A stretch of DNA of 64,000 nt, from the NCBI RefSeq assembly GCF_963921235.1, contig NC_086097.1, positions 197,410,001 to 197,474,000 on the forward strand. The letters are read 5' to 3'. Below, one piece after another: positions 38,457 through 51,082 of the stretch (position 1 is the stretch's first letter; each line of letters opens with the position of its first letter). The position numbers were made by a program, and so were the translations under genes. Source of the stretch: Mobula hypostoma (Eukaryota). Under the pieces are notes generated by a model, which did not search any database, was not told the DNA's origin, and saw only the letters and a list, made by a program, of their open reading frames with translations.

Positions 38457-39764
38457 ATCATTGTTATGTTTATCAATTTGAAACTCAATAAAAAAAATTG
38501 AAAAAGAAAGAGAGTTCTTTGGTCTCACTGATGTTGCGTGCAAGGTTGTTGCTGTGACACCACTCAACTAGCTGATATATCTCTCTCCTGTATGGTTTCT
38601 CATTAACATCTGAAATTCTGCCAATGATTGTTTTGTCATTAGCAAACTTATAGATGGCATTTGAATTGTGTCTAACCATACAGTCATATCTGCAGAGAGA
38701 GTAATGCAGTGTTGGATTATCAGTGAGATGGAGATGTTATTTCCAATCTGCACAGATTCTAGTCTTCTGGTGAGGAAGTCGAGGACCCAGTTGCAGAGGG
38801 AGGTACGAAGGCCCAGGTTTTGGAGCTTTTCAATCAGAGTTGTAGGAATGATTGTGTTAAATGCTGAGCTGTAGTCAATAGACAACATCCTGACGTAAGT
38901 ATTAGTATTGCCCAGATGATCCAAGGCCGCATGAAAAGTCATTGAGCTTGCGCCTGCTGTAGACCTGTTATAGTGATAGGTAAATTGCAGTGGATCCAGG
39001 TCCATGCTGAGACAGGAGTTGTTTCTAGCCATGACCAACCTCTCAGAGCACTTCATCATTGTAGGTGTGAGTACTAGTGGATAACTGTCATTAAGGTAGC
39101 TCAGCCTGCTCTTCTTGAACTCTTTTGAAGCTGGTGGGAACTTCTGACTGTAGCTATCAGAGATTGAGAAGGTCTTAGAACACACCTACCTGTTGGTTGG
39201 CACAGGTTTTCAAAACCCTGTCAGGTACTCCAGCCTGTTGCTTTACGAGGGTTCACCTTCTTGAAGGATAATCTGGCGTTGGCCTCTAAGATAAAGATCA
39301 CTGGGTCATCGAGAGCTGCAGGGGTCCTCATGGCTGTAGTTTTATTCACCCTTTCAAAGTGTGCATAAAAAACATTGAGTTCATCTGGGACTGAAACATC
39401 ACTGCCATACTTGATGTTAGGTTTCACTTTGTAGGAAGTAATGGCCTGCAAGCCTTGCTAGTGTTGACATGCTTCTGATTCTGCTCTCAACTTGGTTTGG
39501 AATTGTTCCTTTGCTCTTGAGATAGCCCTACGTAAGTTGTACCTGTCTTGTATTGTTTTGATTTTATTTACCAGAGACTGTATGTTTGTCAGAAGAGTAT
39601 GTCAGTATTGAAAGATGAAAGTTACACTTCCTTAAATGAACTTTTAAACCAGAGTGGCATCCTCCCTTCCACTGTCTTAAAAGTCCATTTGAGTTTCGTT
39701 GACTTTGAATAGCAATAAAATTTTCAATCACTTTAAAACAATGTACTGTGTAAACCATAGATAT

Positions 39765-40502
39765 AGCTTGCACTTGCACTATACCTATGACTGTGAGGCT
39801 AAGCACACCTCCAATGCTGTATTTAATTTTGCTGATGACACCACTATCATTAACTGAATCAAAGGTGGTGACAAATCAGCATATTGGAGGGAGATTGAAA
39901 ATCGGCTGAATGGTGCCACAACAATAACCTTTTACTCAATGTCAGCAAGACCAAGGAGCTGGTTATCAACTATAGGAGGAGGAAACTGGGGGTTCCTGAG
40001 CTAGTACTCATCAGGGGTTCAGAGGTGGAACTTTAAATTCCTCGGTAATCTCGTTTCTGAAGATTTGTCCTGGGTCCCGCACGCAAGTGCCATTACAAAG
40101 AAAGCTTGGCAGCACCTCTACTGTCTTTGAAGTTTGCAAAGATTTGGCATGTCATCTAAGAGTTTGACAAACTTCTATAGGTGCACGGTGGAGAGTATAT
40201 TGATTGGTTGCATCGCAGTCTGGTTAGAAACACCCATCAGTGAAATGTTTCCACAACCTATGAACTCGCTTTCAAGGACTTTTCATTTCATGCTTTCGAT
40301 ATCTATTGTTTGTTTGTTTATTTTTTTGTATTTGCACAGCTTGTTGTCTTTTACACACTGAATGCTTAAGTTAGTGCAGTCTTTCCTTGATTCTGTTATA
40401 GTTATTATAGACTTATTGAGCATGCTCGCAAGAAAATGTATCCCAGAGTTGTAAATGGTGACATATATGTACTTTGTTAATAAATTTACTTTGATGTTTG
40501 AA
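39765..40502 (+). mobile_element. Rex1/Babar 3' fragment
   Basis: FADDTTI, WCHNNNLLLNVSKTKELVI and LTNFYRCTVESILIGCI motifs; typical 3' UTR. Confidence 0.85.
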
Positions 40503-41659
40503 TCTCTGAAAAACAGGCGTATATTCTGTTTCAATTCCATACTGTCAAACCTGTTTGTGTTTTTGCCATTGTTTAGAATTATTCACTCATGTATTTTATT
40601 TTATTGTTAAAAGTACTAAGCAAGGACTAGAAAAAATGGTAAAATTGATAATTTTGTTTGTCTGTAATGTAGTTATTTATTATACTTGGCTGTGAAGGAT
40701 ATGACCTTCCTGAGAATACTCAGACCATTGCATCCAGTAATGACTGCACTGTCCTCTACTAATATTTTTAAATTAAAGAGAATTTTCTTGCCAACTGTCG
40801 AAGCTTGGCTTAGTAGCAGTGAAAGATGATGATTTAATATGTACACAGGAATCTGCAATAGCTTTGATAGAGGAAGAATTTCTTTAGCCAGGTGGTGAAT
40901 TTATAGAATTTGTTGTCTCAGAAAGTGTATTTAAGGTATAAGTTGATAGGTTCTTGATTGGTCAGGGTTTGAAAGATTATGGGGAAATATCAGGAGAATG
41001 GGGTTGAGAGGGAACTGGATCAGTCATCATGAGATGGCGGAGCAGCCTTGATGAGCTGAATGGCCCGGTCCTATGTCTTATGTTCTTTAGAAAGCCACTC
41101 TTATTTTGATTGATTTTAATTTTGCTCTAATGAAGTGGAATTTCATCTAGGGGAGTTTAATGCAGCCAAATAAAGTCAATGTTTTAGGTTTCTTTCCAGT
41201 GGGCAAAAAACTTAATCTGTTCATTGAATTTTCAGCTGTTTATCTTGGGCTGATATTGTTGCCTGGGTGTTTTTGCATTGCAGATCTAGTGCCATTATCA
41301 GAATATAACTTTAATACAGCCCCAGTGGATCACATAAGCCTTGACTTTTTGTAGTGCTTTTGAGAATTTTTTGTAATATTTGTAAATCTGTCAGCTGTAT
41401 TGCATCTACCGTATCACAAGATATTTTTGTACTTCGATGCGATCCCATGTTTGGGTGGTGGTATTAGAGGTATTTAGATGAGTAACTGCAGTACATTTTA
41501 TAGTTGATGCACACTGCATTAGTGCTGTTTTAATGGATGAGGAAGTGTATCATTAGGATAACTGAATGATTGCTTTGTTTTAATAATGTCAACCTTCAGT
41601 GTTAGAATTTCAACTATGGAAACAAGGGGAGAACTTTCTCTTCGACTCATTAGACTTGA

Positions 41660-42050
41660 TAGAGTAATAAAACATGGTAACAGGTCCTTTGGCTTAATTC
41701 ATCCATGTCGACCAAGATTCCCATCTTGATTTGTCTGCATTGGCTTATTTCCCTCTAAGCCTTATCTGTTGAAGAATCTTTTAAATGTTTCTGTGTTTGC
41801 ATCACCTATTTGCTCTTGCAGCTTGTTCCATAGAGTATCTTACTCTGCAGAAGAAGTTGCCCCTTTGGTCCTTTTTAAATCTTACCCCTCTCACCTTAAA
41901 CCTATGTCTTCTCAGTTTTGATTTCTTCCTGAGAAAAAGACAGAGTGCACACACTCCATCTATGTCCTCTATAAATTTATACACCTCTATGAAGTCACCC
42001 TTCAGTCTCTAATGCTCCGAGAAAGATCTAACCGGCCCAACTTCTCCCTA
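41660..42050 (-). mobile_element. Decayed CR1 3' fragment
   Basis: RHRFKVRGVRFKKDQRGNFF motif. Confidence 0.7.
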
Positions 42051-42226
42051 TAACTCAGATGCTTGGGTCCTGGCAATATTCTCTAAACTCTTCGTTGTAC
42101 TCTTTCCCGCTTTATGACACCTCTTACAACAAGGTAGTCAAAATTGTACAAAGTCTTCCACTAATGTCTTGTATTCTATCAGGTTCCAAACCTAGGTCTT
42201 GTAAATTGTGGAAAGGTTTTGTTGTA

Positions 42227-42379
42227 CAGGTCGACCTTCACTAATCTGGCACCATTGGGACCTGAGGAGTGCTGGATTAGTGAAAATGCCAAATTACAGA
42301 AGGATCACATTAAGCATAATCAGTGCCAGATTATCGAAGGAACTGGATTACAGGTAGTTGGATTAGTGAAGGTCGACTG
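42227..42379. mobile_element. Tigger-like MITE, copy 2
   Basis: TA TSD and TIRs; close match to 23353-23506 over its whole length. Confidence 0.9.
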
Positions 42380-42394
42380 TATTGCACCATTGCA

Positions 42395-44005
42395 GGATAA
42401 CAGGCATGAAACCGTGTACCCTGATGCTTTCCCTGTCATTTTGGGGGATTTTAACCAGGCCAGCTTGAAAAGGTTTCTAAGTAATTATTATTAACATGTC
42501 ACTTGTCGAGCAAAAGTCGCCAACATGGTGGACCACTGTTATATTGCCATCGAGCGCTTACCATGCCATCCCCTGTAAAATCTTTGTAAAGTATGATATC
42601 CTGGCTGTACTTCTATAGGAAGTGACTGAAGACCGCAGCAGCAGCGGTGAGGACCAAGAAGGTATGCTCAAGGGAAGCGCAGGAACACTTACAGGACTGC
42701 TTTGAGTCGGTGGACTGGACTGTATTCAGGGATTCATCTTTGATTCTGAATGAGTATGCCACAGTTGAAACTGACTTCATCAAAACCTATGTGGTTGAGT
42801 GTGTGGTTATGAGAACATACTGTATATACCCGAATCAAAAGCCGTGGGTGTAGCAAAAGGTTCGTAGTTTTCTGGGGGCTAGATCTGTGGCATTCAAGTC
42901 TGGTGAGACAAGACTATACAAGAAGACCAGGTACAACTTAAGGAGGGCTATATCAAGAGCAAAGGAACAATTCTGAACGAATTTGGAGGTGGAATTGGAT
43001 GCACGTCAACTTTCACTGATTTTGTAGGCCATTACTTACTACAAACGGAAACCTAACATCATGAATGGGAGTGATGATTCAGTCCCAGATGAGCTCAATT
43101 TCTTTTATGCATGCTTTGAAAGGGTGAATAAAATGACAGCTGAGGATTCCTGCAGCACCCTGTGTCCCTCTGATCTCTGTGTCAGGCTGATGTCAGATTG
43201 TCCTTCAAGAGGGTGAACTTTTGCAAGGCAACAAGCCCTGATGGAGTACCTTGTAGGGCTCTGAAATTCAGTTATTATTATTACGTATTGCAATGTATTG
43301 CTGCCACAAAACAACAAATTTTACTACGTATGCCAGTGATTTCTGATTCTGATATTGCAGTTCAGTATGGATTGGTAATAACATATCTTCCTTGCTGGCA
43401 GTCAACACAGTCACACATCAAGAATGGGAGCTTAGACCACTGATCCACTCTTACTACGCTCATGATTATATGGCTAACCACAGATCAGAAGCCATTTATA
43501 GATTTGCAGATGATACCGTTGTTGGTAAAATCTCAGATGGTGACGAGGAGGTGTGCAGGTATGAGTTAAATCGGCTGGTTGAGTAGTGTTTGAACAAAAA
43601 TCTTGTAGTCAACATTAGCAAGACCAAAGAATTGATTGTAGACTTCATGAAGGGGATGTCGGGAAAACGCACACTTGCACTTGTTGCCCTTATTGAGAGG
43701 TCAGTGGTTGAAAAATTTGTGTGCAACTAAAAGTTTGGCATCTGAGAGATCCATCCTGGGCCCAATGTGCTGATGGAATCATGAAGAGAGCACATCAATG
43801 GGTCGTTCATTTGGAATTTGAGGAGATTTGATATGTCAGCAAAGACTCTTGAAAATTTCCTCGTGTACAGTGGTGACTAATCTGACTTGTTGCATAGCAG
43901 ATGTATGGAAGCTTCATGCACAGGATTGCAAAAGGTTGTAGAGTGTTGCAATCTCAACCTGCTCTACCATGCAACAACCCTCCCCACTGTTGAGGGCATC
44001 TTCAG
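42395..44005 (+). mobile_element. Decayed Rex1/Babar LINE (EN-RT fragments)
   Basis: ILGDFNQASLK, LQDCFESVDWTVF, YPNQKPWV and YRFADDTVVGKIS motifs. Confidence 0.85.
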
Positions 44006-44137
44006 TTGAACTTCAATTGTCATTTAACCATACATGAATATCCATGAATACAGCCAAATGAAACAGCTTTACTCTAGGGCCAAGGTGCAGGAGTACCAAC
44101 AGTCGTACACAGCACAAGGCACATATAGCATGTATAA

Positions 44138-45312
44138 CAGCGGTCCCCAACCACCGGGCCGCAGAGCATGCGCTACCGGGCCGCGAGGAGATGATATGAT
44201 TTGGCGATATGAGTCAGCTGCACCTTTCCTCATTCCCTGTCACGCACTGTTGAGCCATTACCCACGCGTCATCCATTTCAGTGTGGGAAGGAGATCAACT
44301 CCTTGAGCTTGCAAATGATGGCGGGCTGAAAAGTCTGTTTGACATAACATCTCTGCGGGCATTCTGGATCAAAGTCAAGGCTCAATATCCTGAGATAGCC
44401 ACGGAAGCACCGAAAACGTTGCTTCCATTTCCAACATATCTCTGTGATGAATGTAACAAAAACTAAATTGCGGATTAGACTGGACATAAGGAACCCCGTT
44501 CGAGTATCGCTGTCCCCCATCACCCCTCGATAGGACCGTCTTGTTGCAGGAAAGCAAGCCCAGGGCTCCCACTGATTCAGCGATATTGGTGCGTTGCAAT
44601 GATTTTATAAGTTCATACGGGGAAAATATGCGCTGTGTTTAATATCCAAATGTTACTTAAAATGTTATGATGCTATTGACTTATATAACCATATAACAAT
44701 TACAGCATGGAAACAGGCGATCTCTGCCCTTCTAGTCCGTGCCGAACACTACTCTCACATCGTCCCACCGACCTGCACTCAGCCCATAACCCTCCATTAC
44801 TTTCCTGTCCATATACCTATTCAATTTAACTTTAAATGATAATATCGAACCTGCTTCTGACACTTCTACTGGAAGTTTGTTCAACACTTACTTCAAGCTC
44901 CCCTGTCCTCCCCTGATAATTGACTTATCGCTATATTCATGTGAGGAAATTGTGCTGTGTGTTTAATATTAAATTCGTTAGATAAAACCTTTTAGAAACG
45001 AAATTGAATGTATTAGCCACTTATCACTGATATTCCGGTCGTGATCAACACCCCCCCCCCGAACAGAATCGCCAAAAACGATTTGTAGAAAAATAATCGA
45101 CACGAGCGCGCATGCGCAAATAACGCATGCGCACTGGTGCCCGCGCAAGGCTTCATGGTCATTGTAGTCTTCCTCTGGGTAAACGCAAAGTATTTGCTAC
45201 TCTTGTCCATTGGCAAACATTCCACCACCCCCCCCACCCCAGGTTGGCCGGTTCGCAAGAATATTGTCAACATGAAACCGGTCCGCACTGCAAAAAAGGT
45301 TGGGGACCCCTG
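44138..45312 (+). mobile_element. Non-autonomous hAT (Charlie/Buster-type) transposon
   Basis: Perfect 8-bp TSD ATGTATAA (44130-37, 45313-20). 15-bp TIRs CAG(C/G)GGTCCCCAACC. Dimerisation-domain remnant FWIKVKAQYPEIATEAPKTLLPFPTYLC. Confidence 0.95.
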
Positions 45313-47602
45313 ATGTATAAGATAGCAAGCACATATGATATCAATAAAGTACTGTCACAGAAAAATAACATATAGTCCAAGTCCCTGAGTCCATGAATGT
45401 TACAGCAGTCTGCATTCAAAGACAATATTGCTTTTCTTCTGCTGAGCAAACACTGGGGACAACACCGACACTGTGCCCCACTGTCTCCGACACTCCTGTG
45501 GAGCGTATGACTTCAATGCCTCCCCCCGGGTGACTTCAAACAGGCAATGCTGTGGCTTGAGGCATAGTTCTCGCTATGATCGAGGCCACACAGTTCCCCT
45601 TCTGTCTGCCCCTACCGTTTGCCAATAAACCAATGAATTGGACTTACAACATTCCACACTATTAATGTCCAACAGGGTCTTGCAATCATAAGGAAAGTGA
45701 CTAAGATGATCACTTGCTGTTAGACTGCACACCATCTTTACGCACCCACTCCAGGAGCTCTGACACATGCAGCAGCATGATCCACTCTGAGTCCAGCTCT
45801 TTCAGTTTCTCTGCCAATGAGCAACTTGCTGATGTGGCTCAAGAGGTGATCTCTTAAGAAGGTGGCAACTATCCTAAAGGACCCTGCCCATATGGGATAT
45901 GTCCACTTCTCATTATTGCCATAAGGGAGGTGTTATTGGAGCTGACGACCTACACTCAACAATTCTGAAACAGCTATATCCATCTGCAATTAAGATGTCT
46001 TTAAATAAGAAAACAATTTGAATGTGTAAAGTGACTTGCATGCGTCTTGTGCTATGTCAGCCAATTTTGTTGTCCATTAAATGTGTCTGAAATGTACACT
46101 TTGTTGTAATACAGAAACTGCAGTAGCCAGTTTTTATTTATAAAGCAGTAAAATGATCTAGCTGGTTAATCAGTTGCTGTAGTATTGACTAGAGTATAAA
46201 TATTGGCTAAGACATTTGAATGTCTGCAAGGAGTTTTCATAATCTATTAGTAATTAAATTAAATTTTAAACTCAGCTGAAAAATTAGTAGCTCCTTAGAA
46301 ATATGATACACTTGGTAGTACAGTACTTCTAGGTTTTTGCACTGGAGTGTCAGTCTTGATTTTTTTTTGTGCTCGAGTCTCAAGAGTGGAATTTAAATCC
46401 ACAATCTTGTAAATCAGAGCCTGAAATATTTCCAAGTAAGCTTTAGTTAACAGTTTCATGAGGCTAAGTTTTGATGGGGAAATGAAGAATAGTAAAATAC
46501 TATGGATAAGTGCAACTTATGAAGGGAATTAAATAGTCTTTTTGTGCTCCCAATCTTCATCAAGCAAATTGGAAGTGAACTGATCATTGAATGTCTTTCA
46601 CATAGGCTATAATTGTTGTGTTCTGCAATGTCAAAGGAAATATACATTGAGGTAATTTTTAAAATAATTTGCAACAGCTTAATCACATTTAATAGTGAAA
46701 ATTGAATTTACTTTGCCTATAATTGTGTTTAACCAAATCATGCTTCAAGTGGTTTGGAAAGATTCAATCCTTTAATAGGTAATTTGACACGTGTCTTTAA
46801 AATTGAACTCTCTTTCCCATCAAGAAGCCTAGAGTGCATGACCAGAATTTGGCTTATTTGATAAAATGTCAGCTTTTATCTATGAGGTGGATGACTATGT
46901 TATGACTGATGGATTGGTGTGTCAGTTGCATATAAATGAAAAGCCATTCCTCAAATATTCAGTAAAGATTTTATTTCACTCTTGAAAATCTAAATAGATT
47001 CCATTTATGAGCTTCTAAGAAACATTGCTGATACTAGAAAGTGCCATTAATATTCTGAGAGGTGGCTTGGTGAAAATATGACATAGATCTTGATCCTTTT
47101 TAATTGAATAATTGGTTTTCATTTTTTTCACAGGCATAATAGGTAATCTAAATTATTCATCTAAAATATATAGAAATCTGCAAAGAATTTTCATAATTTA
47201 TAATCAGAATTGAAAAACATTCTTTCTGCATTAATTTGTTTACCCATTGATAACATTGTAATTATTTCCTCACATATGGCCTTAATGTCTTGGTGGGAAA
47301 TGTTAAAAACCTTTTTGATTCTGTTAACAAATACTTGTAGCTATTTGCAGTAATATGGAGGAATTACAGGCTTGATGAGTAAAAAGCAGTTCGCATTTCC
47401 AGCTCGACATCACTGATTATAGAAAACAATGCTATTAGCAATTGAAAAGATTCATTGGGCAACAAAAGATAGGACTGTTTTCTTGCAAAGAAGATGTAAA
47501 AGCTGTGGCTACATTTACCTACACCAATATAGTTCTTGAGGGCATCAGTGTCATTCTCCAACATTAGAAGTTTCTCATGGTTTTGGGAGATCAAATGAAG
47601 AT

Positions 47603-47900
47603 ATAAAGTTCAAAGTAAATTCTATTATCGAAGTGCATATATGTCACCATATACAACCCTTAGATCCATTTTCTTGTGGGCATACTCAGCAAATCTGTAG
47701 AATAATTAACTATAACAGGATCAATGAAAAATCAACCAATGTGCATAAGACAACAAACTGTGCAAATGCAAATAAACATAAATAGCAACAAATAGCAATG
47801 AATAATTAGAACATGAGTTAATGAAACAGAGTCCTTAAAAGTGAGATGCTTGGTGTGGGAACATTTCAATTATGGAGCAAGTGAGTATAGTTATCCCCTT
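47603..47900 (-). mobile_element. Rex1/Babar 3' UTR fragment
   Basis: AAAGTTCAAAGTAAATTCTATTATCG tail signature as in the other copies. Confidence 0.7.
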
Positions 47901-48420
47901 TATTTATATGGACATCAAAAGGGGATATTTATGATAAAATGTTGCCAATATTAAAGCAGCAGGAGTGCATTCTTCTTTGAAAAATTGCTTTGCATTCTAG
48001 AGCAGTATCAGAATGTGTTTATTGTTTAAGATGCTCTGACCAAAATCTATAAAGCACTAGTTTGATTAGGACAACATGGATATTTCTGGTTTTACTTTGC
48101 CCAAATGAGAAAGCTTGTATAGAGAATAGGAATATATAACAAAAAATGCTGAACTCATAGTGTTTGCAGGAAAAAATTCTCTTACCCTCTCATACTGAAC
48201 CTAAGTCTACTACTGCTATTGGGAAATGTTTCCTGCAGTCTATCCTTTTGAAATCTCCCTTGTAATTTTATATACTTCAATCATGTCCCCGCTTAACTCT
48301 CCCTGCTCCAGGAAAACAGGGCTAGCCTAGAACACAGAACACTACAGCAGAAAACAAGGTCTTTGTTTAGCCCATGATATCTGTGCCAGCAGGATACCAA
48401 TTTGATCAAACCCCATCTAC

Positions 48421-48696
48421 AGGGGCGTAGCGGTAAGCACGACACTATTATAGCTTGGGGCATCATAGTTCAATTCTAGTGTCCTCTATAAGAAAGTTTG
48501 TACTTTCTTCCCAAAGAACATGGGCTTCCTCCAGGTGTTGTCGTTTCCTTCCACAGTCCAAAGATGTACCAGTTAGTAGGTTAATTGGTCATTGTAAATT
48601 GTCCTGTGATTAGGCTAAGGTTAAATTGGTGGGTTGTGATTTAATTGGGTGGAATGGTTTGGTGGGCTGTAAAGGCCTGTTCTGCGCTGTATCTCA
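48421..48696 (+). mobile_element. V-SINE (HE1-like)
   Basis: A/B-box-like head (GGCGTAGCGG...AGTTCAATTC), V-domain TTTCCTTCCACAGTCCAAAGA and CR1-type tail. Confidence 0.8.
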
Positions 48697-49259
48697 AAAT
48701 AAATCTTAAAAAATCTGCCTGGACATAGTCTAATTCTCTCCATTCTTTACCTATTCGTATGTCTGTTTAAATATATCTTAAATATCGCTATTGTATCTGC
48801 TTCCAGTACATCCCCTGTCCGTGTATTCCAGGCACTGATTATTCCCTGTGCAATAATTAAAACATGGATTGTGTATCTCTTTTTAACTTTATGCCTCTTA
48901 CCTTAAATCTGTTGCCTCCAGTATTTTGTTCACCCTAGGTGTAAAAGATTTATTTATCCTATTTATGCCTCTCAAAACTTTGTAAGCATTTTCAGCCCAT
49001 TTTACCAAAACATCAGTATCACCTTGTACCCTTGTTGCCCTAAGACTGACCTTCTCGCTATCAACAGCACCACCATTCTTTGTGTCATCTGTGAACTTAC
49101 AGTGCCACCAATCTTATTGTTTGTGATTAAAACAGGGAATGCTGGAGATGCTTATCAGGCTATGCAGCAAGAAGCAGTTAATATTTTAGGTTGTGACATT
49201 TTGTCAGAACTTATATTTCAAAGATATATTAATTGTAATTTTTTTGCTTTTTAACAAAG

Positions 49260-49370
49260 GCATCATTCCATCATTTGCCAAGGAAAAGCAGTTAACACAG
49301 AATCCATATTGTTACACCATCTCAGCCTGCAGATGGGGCACACACTCTATTTTGAGTCAATTCATGACAG
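49260..49370 (+). CDS. Candidate 111-nt symmetric coding exon (xIIPSFAKEKQLTQNPYCYTISACRWGTHSILSQFMT, or an alternative open frame)
   Basis: tttttttgctttttaacaaag|GCATC...GACAG|gtaatt; two frames open; phase-compatible with 31284-31334. Confidence 0.5.
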
Positions 49371-49559
49371 GTAATTTTGTGTTAATTTAATCATGTTCGT
49401 GAAACATGATTAAATTAGCACAAAATTACCCACCATTGATTATGAATATTCGCTGTAAATGAGTGACATTTTTTTCCCACTGCTATACTCCATATTACTA
49501 GTTCAAAATTCTCAACGAAGATACCTTTTATCAATCTTAGTTCAATGCCTGTAGTGCAG

Positions 49560-50470
49560 GGATTAAAGAATAAATAGGAAAGGGATCCAACCATTTGGGC
49601 TTATGAAGATATATGAATGGTATTTGATTGAAAGAAAAGGCTTATTTTGTTAGGTAGAATAACGAGGATTGGAAAATAAAGAACATGAGGACTGGAAAAA
49701 TTCAGAAACTGACAAAAGATAGCTGAACATTGAAAAAGGGAGGAATTAGAACAAGTTTTTTAAGTGTATTACAGAAAGATGTATTAAAAGTAGACATTGG
49801 CCCCTGAGAAGCTGAGGCAGTGGAATTAATAATGATAATAAGCAAATGATGAGCTGTGAGAGAAATATAATCATAAACACATAACAAGTGTTAAAAATTG
49901 TAGGAAAAAGGCATAGGAAAGGAAATAAACATTATCAGAGGAAAAGTACTTGGTAAATGATTGGGGCTTTGAGGCCAACAGATACCTGTATCTGTCAGAG
50001 CCTCTATTCCAGAATTCAAAATCAAGTGGTTGCAACAATGATAGATGCTTTGGTTTTGATTTTCAAAAACATTTGCTCCTGAGGTGGCTTCAGGTGATTG
50101 GAAAGGTGCAAGTGTAACTCTGTTGTTCAAGAAAGGATGGAGAGATGAGATGGATGGTAAGTCTTTTTCAATATGGTAGGGGAGTGCAAAACTAGGGGGG
50201 CTATGTATTATGGTGTGAGGAGAAAGGTTTAAGAGGGACTTGAGGGTTAACATTTTTTTACACAGTGTGGTGATACATGGAATAAGCTGCCAGATGAAGT
50301 GGTTCAAGCACAATAGTATCATTTAAGAAGCGATTGGATAAGGTATGTGGAAGGGTGGGACAGAGGGATATGGGCCAAATATAGGAAATCTGGACTAGCT
50401 GGGTGGATAATGTCAGTACAGACTGGTTGGACTGAAGGATATGTATCCATGCTGTATTGCTCAGTGATCC
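49560..50470 (+). mobile_element. Old CR1 fragments
   Basis: Degenerate DIGPL-like and DWKGASVTLLFKKG motifs, plus a CR1 3' end. Confidence 0.65.
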
Positions 50471-51082
50471 TGAGATAAAGTAAACAACTGGTTCCTTGAC
50501 ATTTATTGGAGAGGAAATGGCTGAGTTTGCTATTCAAGGAGCAACAACAATTCAGCAGGAAAATAACTATAAAATCAAGCAGCATAAAATATTTAATGTG
50601 ATGGAAATTGTATGTGCTGTGTTGATTAGAATTCTTTAAGGATGAGACTGACAAGGGAAATGCTTCAAGGTTGTTCTCAAAACCTTAGGAGAAAATGTAA
50701 TGTTCTCAATGGAAATCCTTTGCTCTTTAAGTTGATAAAGGTATATCATCTGGGATAGCACTGAGAATTTCAGATCTCTGATACAATACAGAATCCGAGT
50801 GGAAGTGGTGGTTGAAACAGGTCACATGCAGTGCTATCTGCCCACTAATCTGTCAAGCACCATTTTCCCCATATTCTGGTTATCTGCAGATTCCACATTG
50901 GTCTTGTCAGTCATCTTGTAACTTTAAGAATTGGGATCAAGATGACTTGCTTTATCTCTGGGAAGAGCTAGGACAGTGGATGAAGAGGGATCTGTAGAAC
51001 ATGTGCATTTAGATTTTAAAAAGACATTCTAAAAAGTGTGTGAATTATTAATACATTTAAGGAGCAAGCAAAATATGGTAGA

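Larger units (their letters stand above)
32393..38512 (+). mobile_element. Full-length, inactivated L1-clade LINE
   Basis: 14-bp TSD AG(C/T)TCTTTGGTCTC (32379-92, 38513-26); 5' UTR, ORF1, T-rich spacer, ORF2, AATAAA and an A-rich tail. Confidence 0.93.
31585..39550 (-). mobile_element. Rex1/Babar LINE split by the L1 (pieces 31585-32392 and 38513-39550)
   Basis: RT ORF 38568-39185 (LDPLQFTY...[18 protein letters not shown]). The peptide ISETKEL|IVDLRK is continuous across the L1 TSD. Confidence 0.9.
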
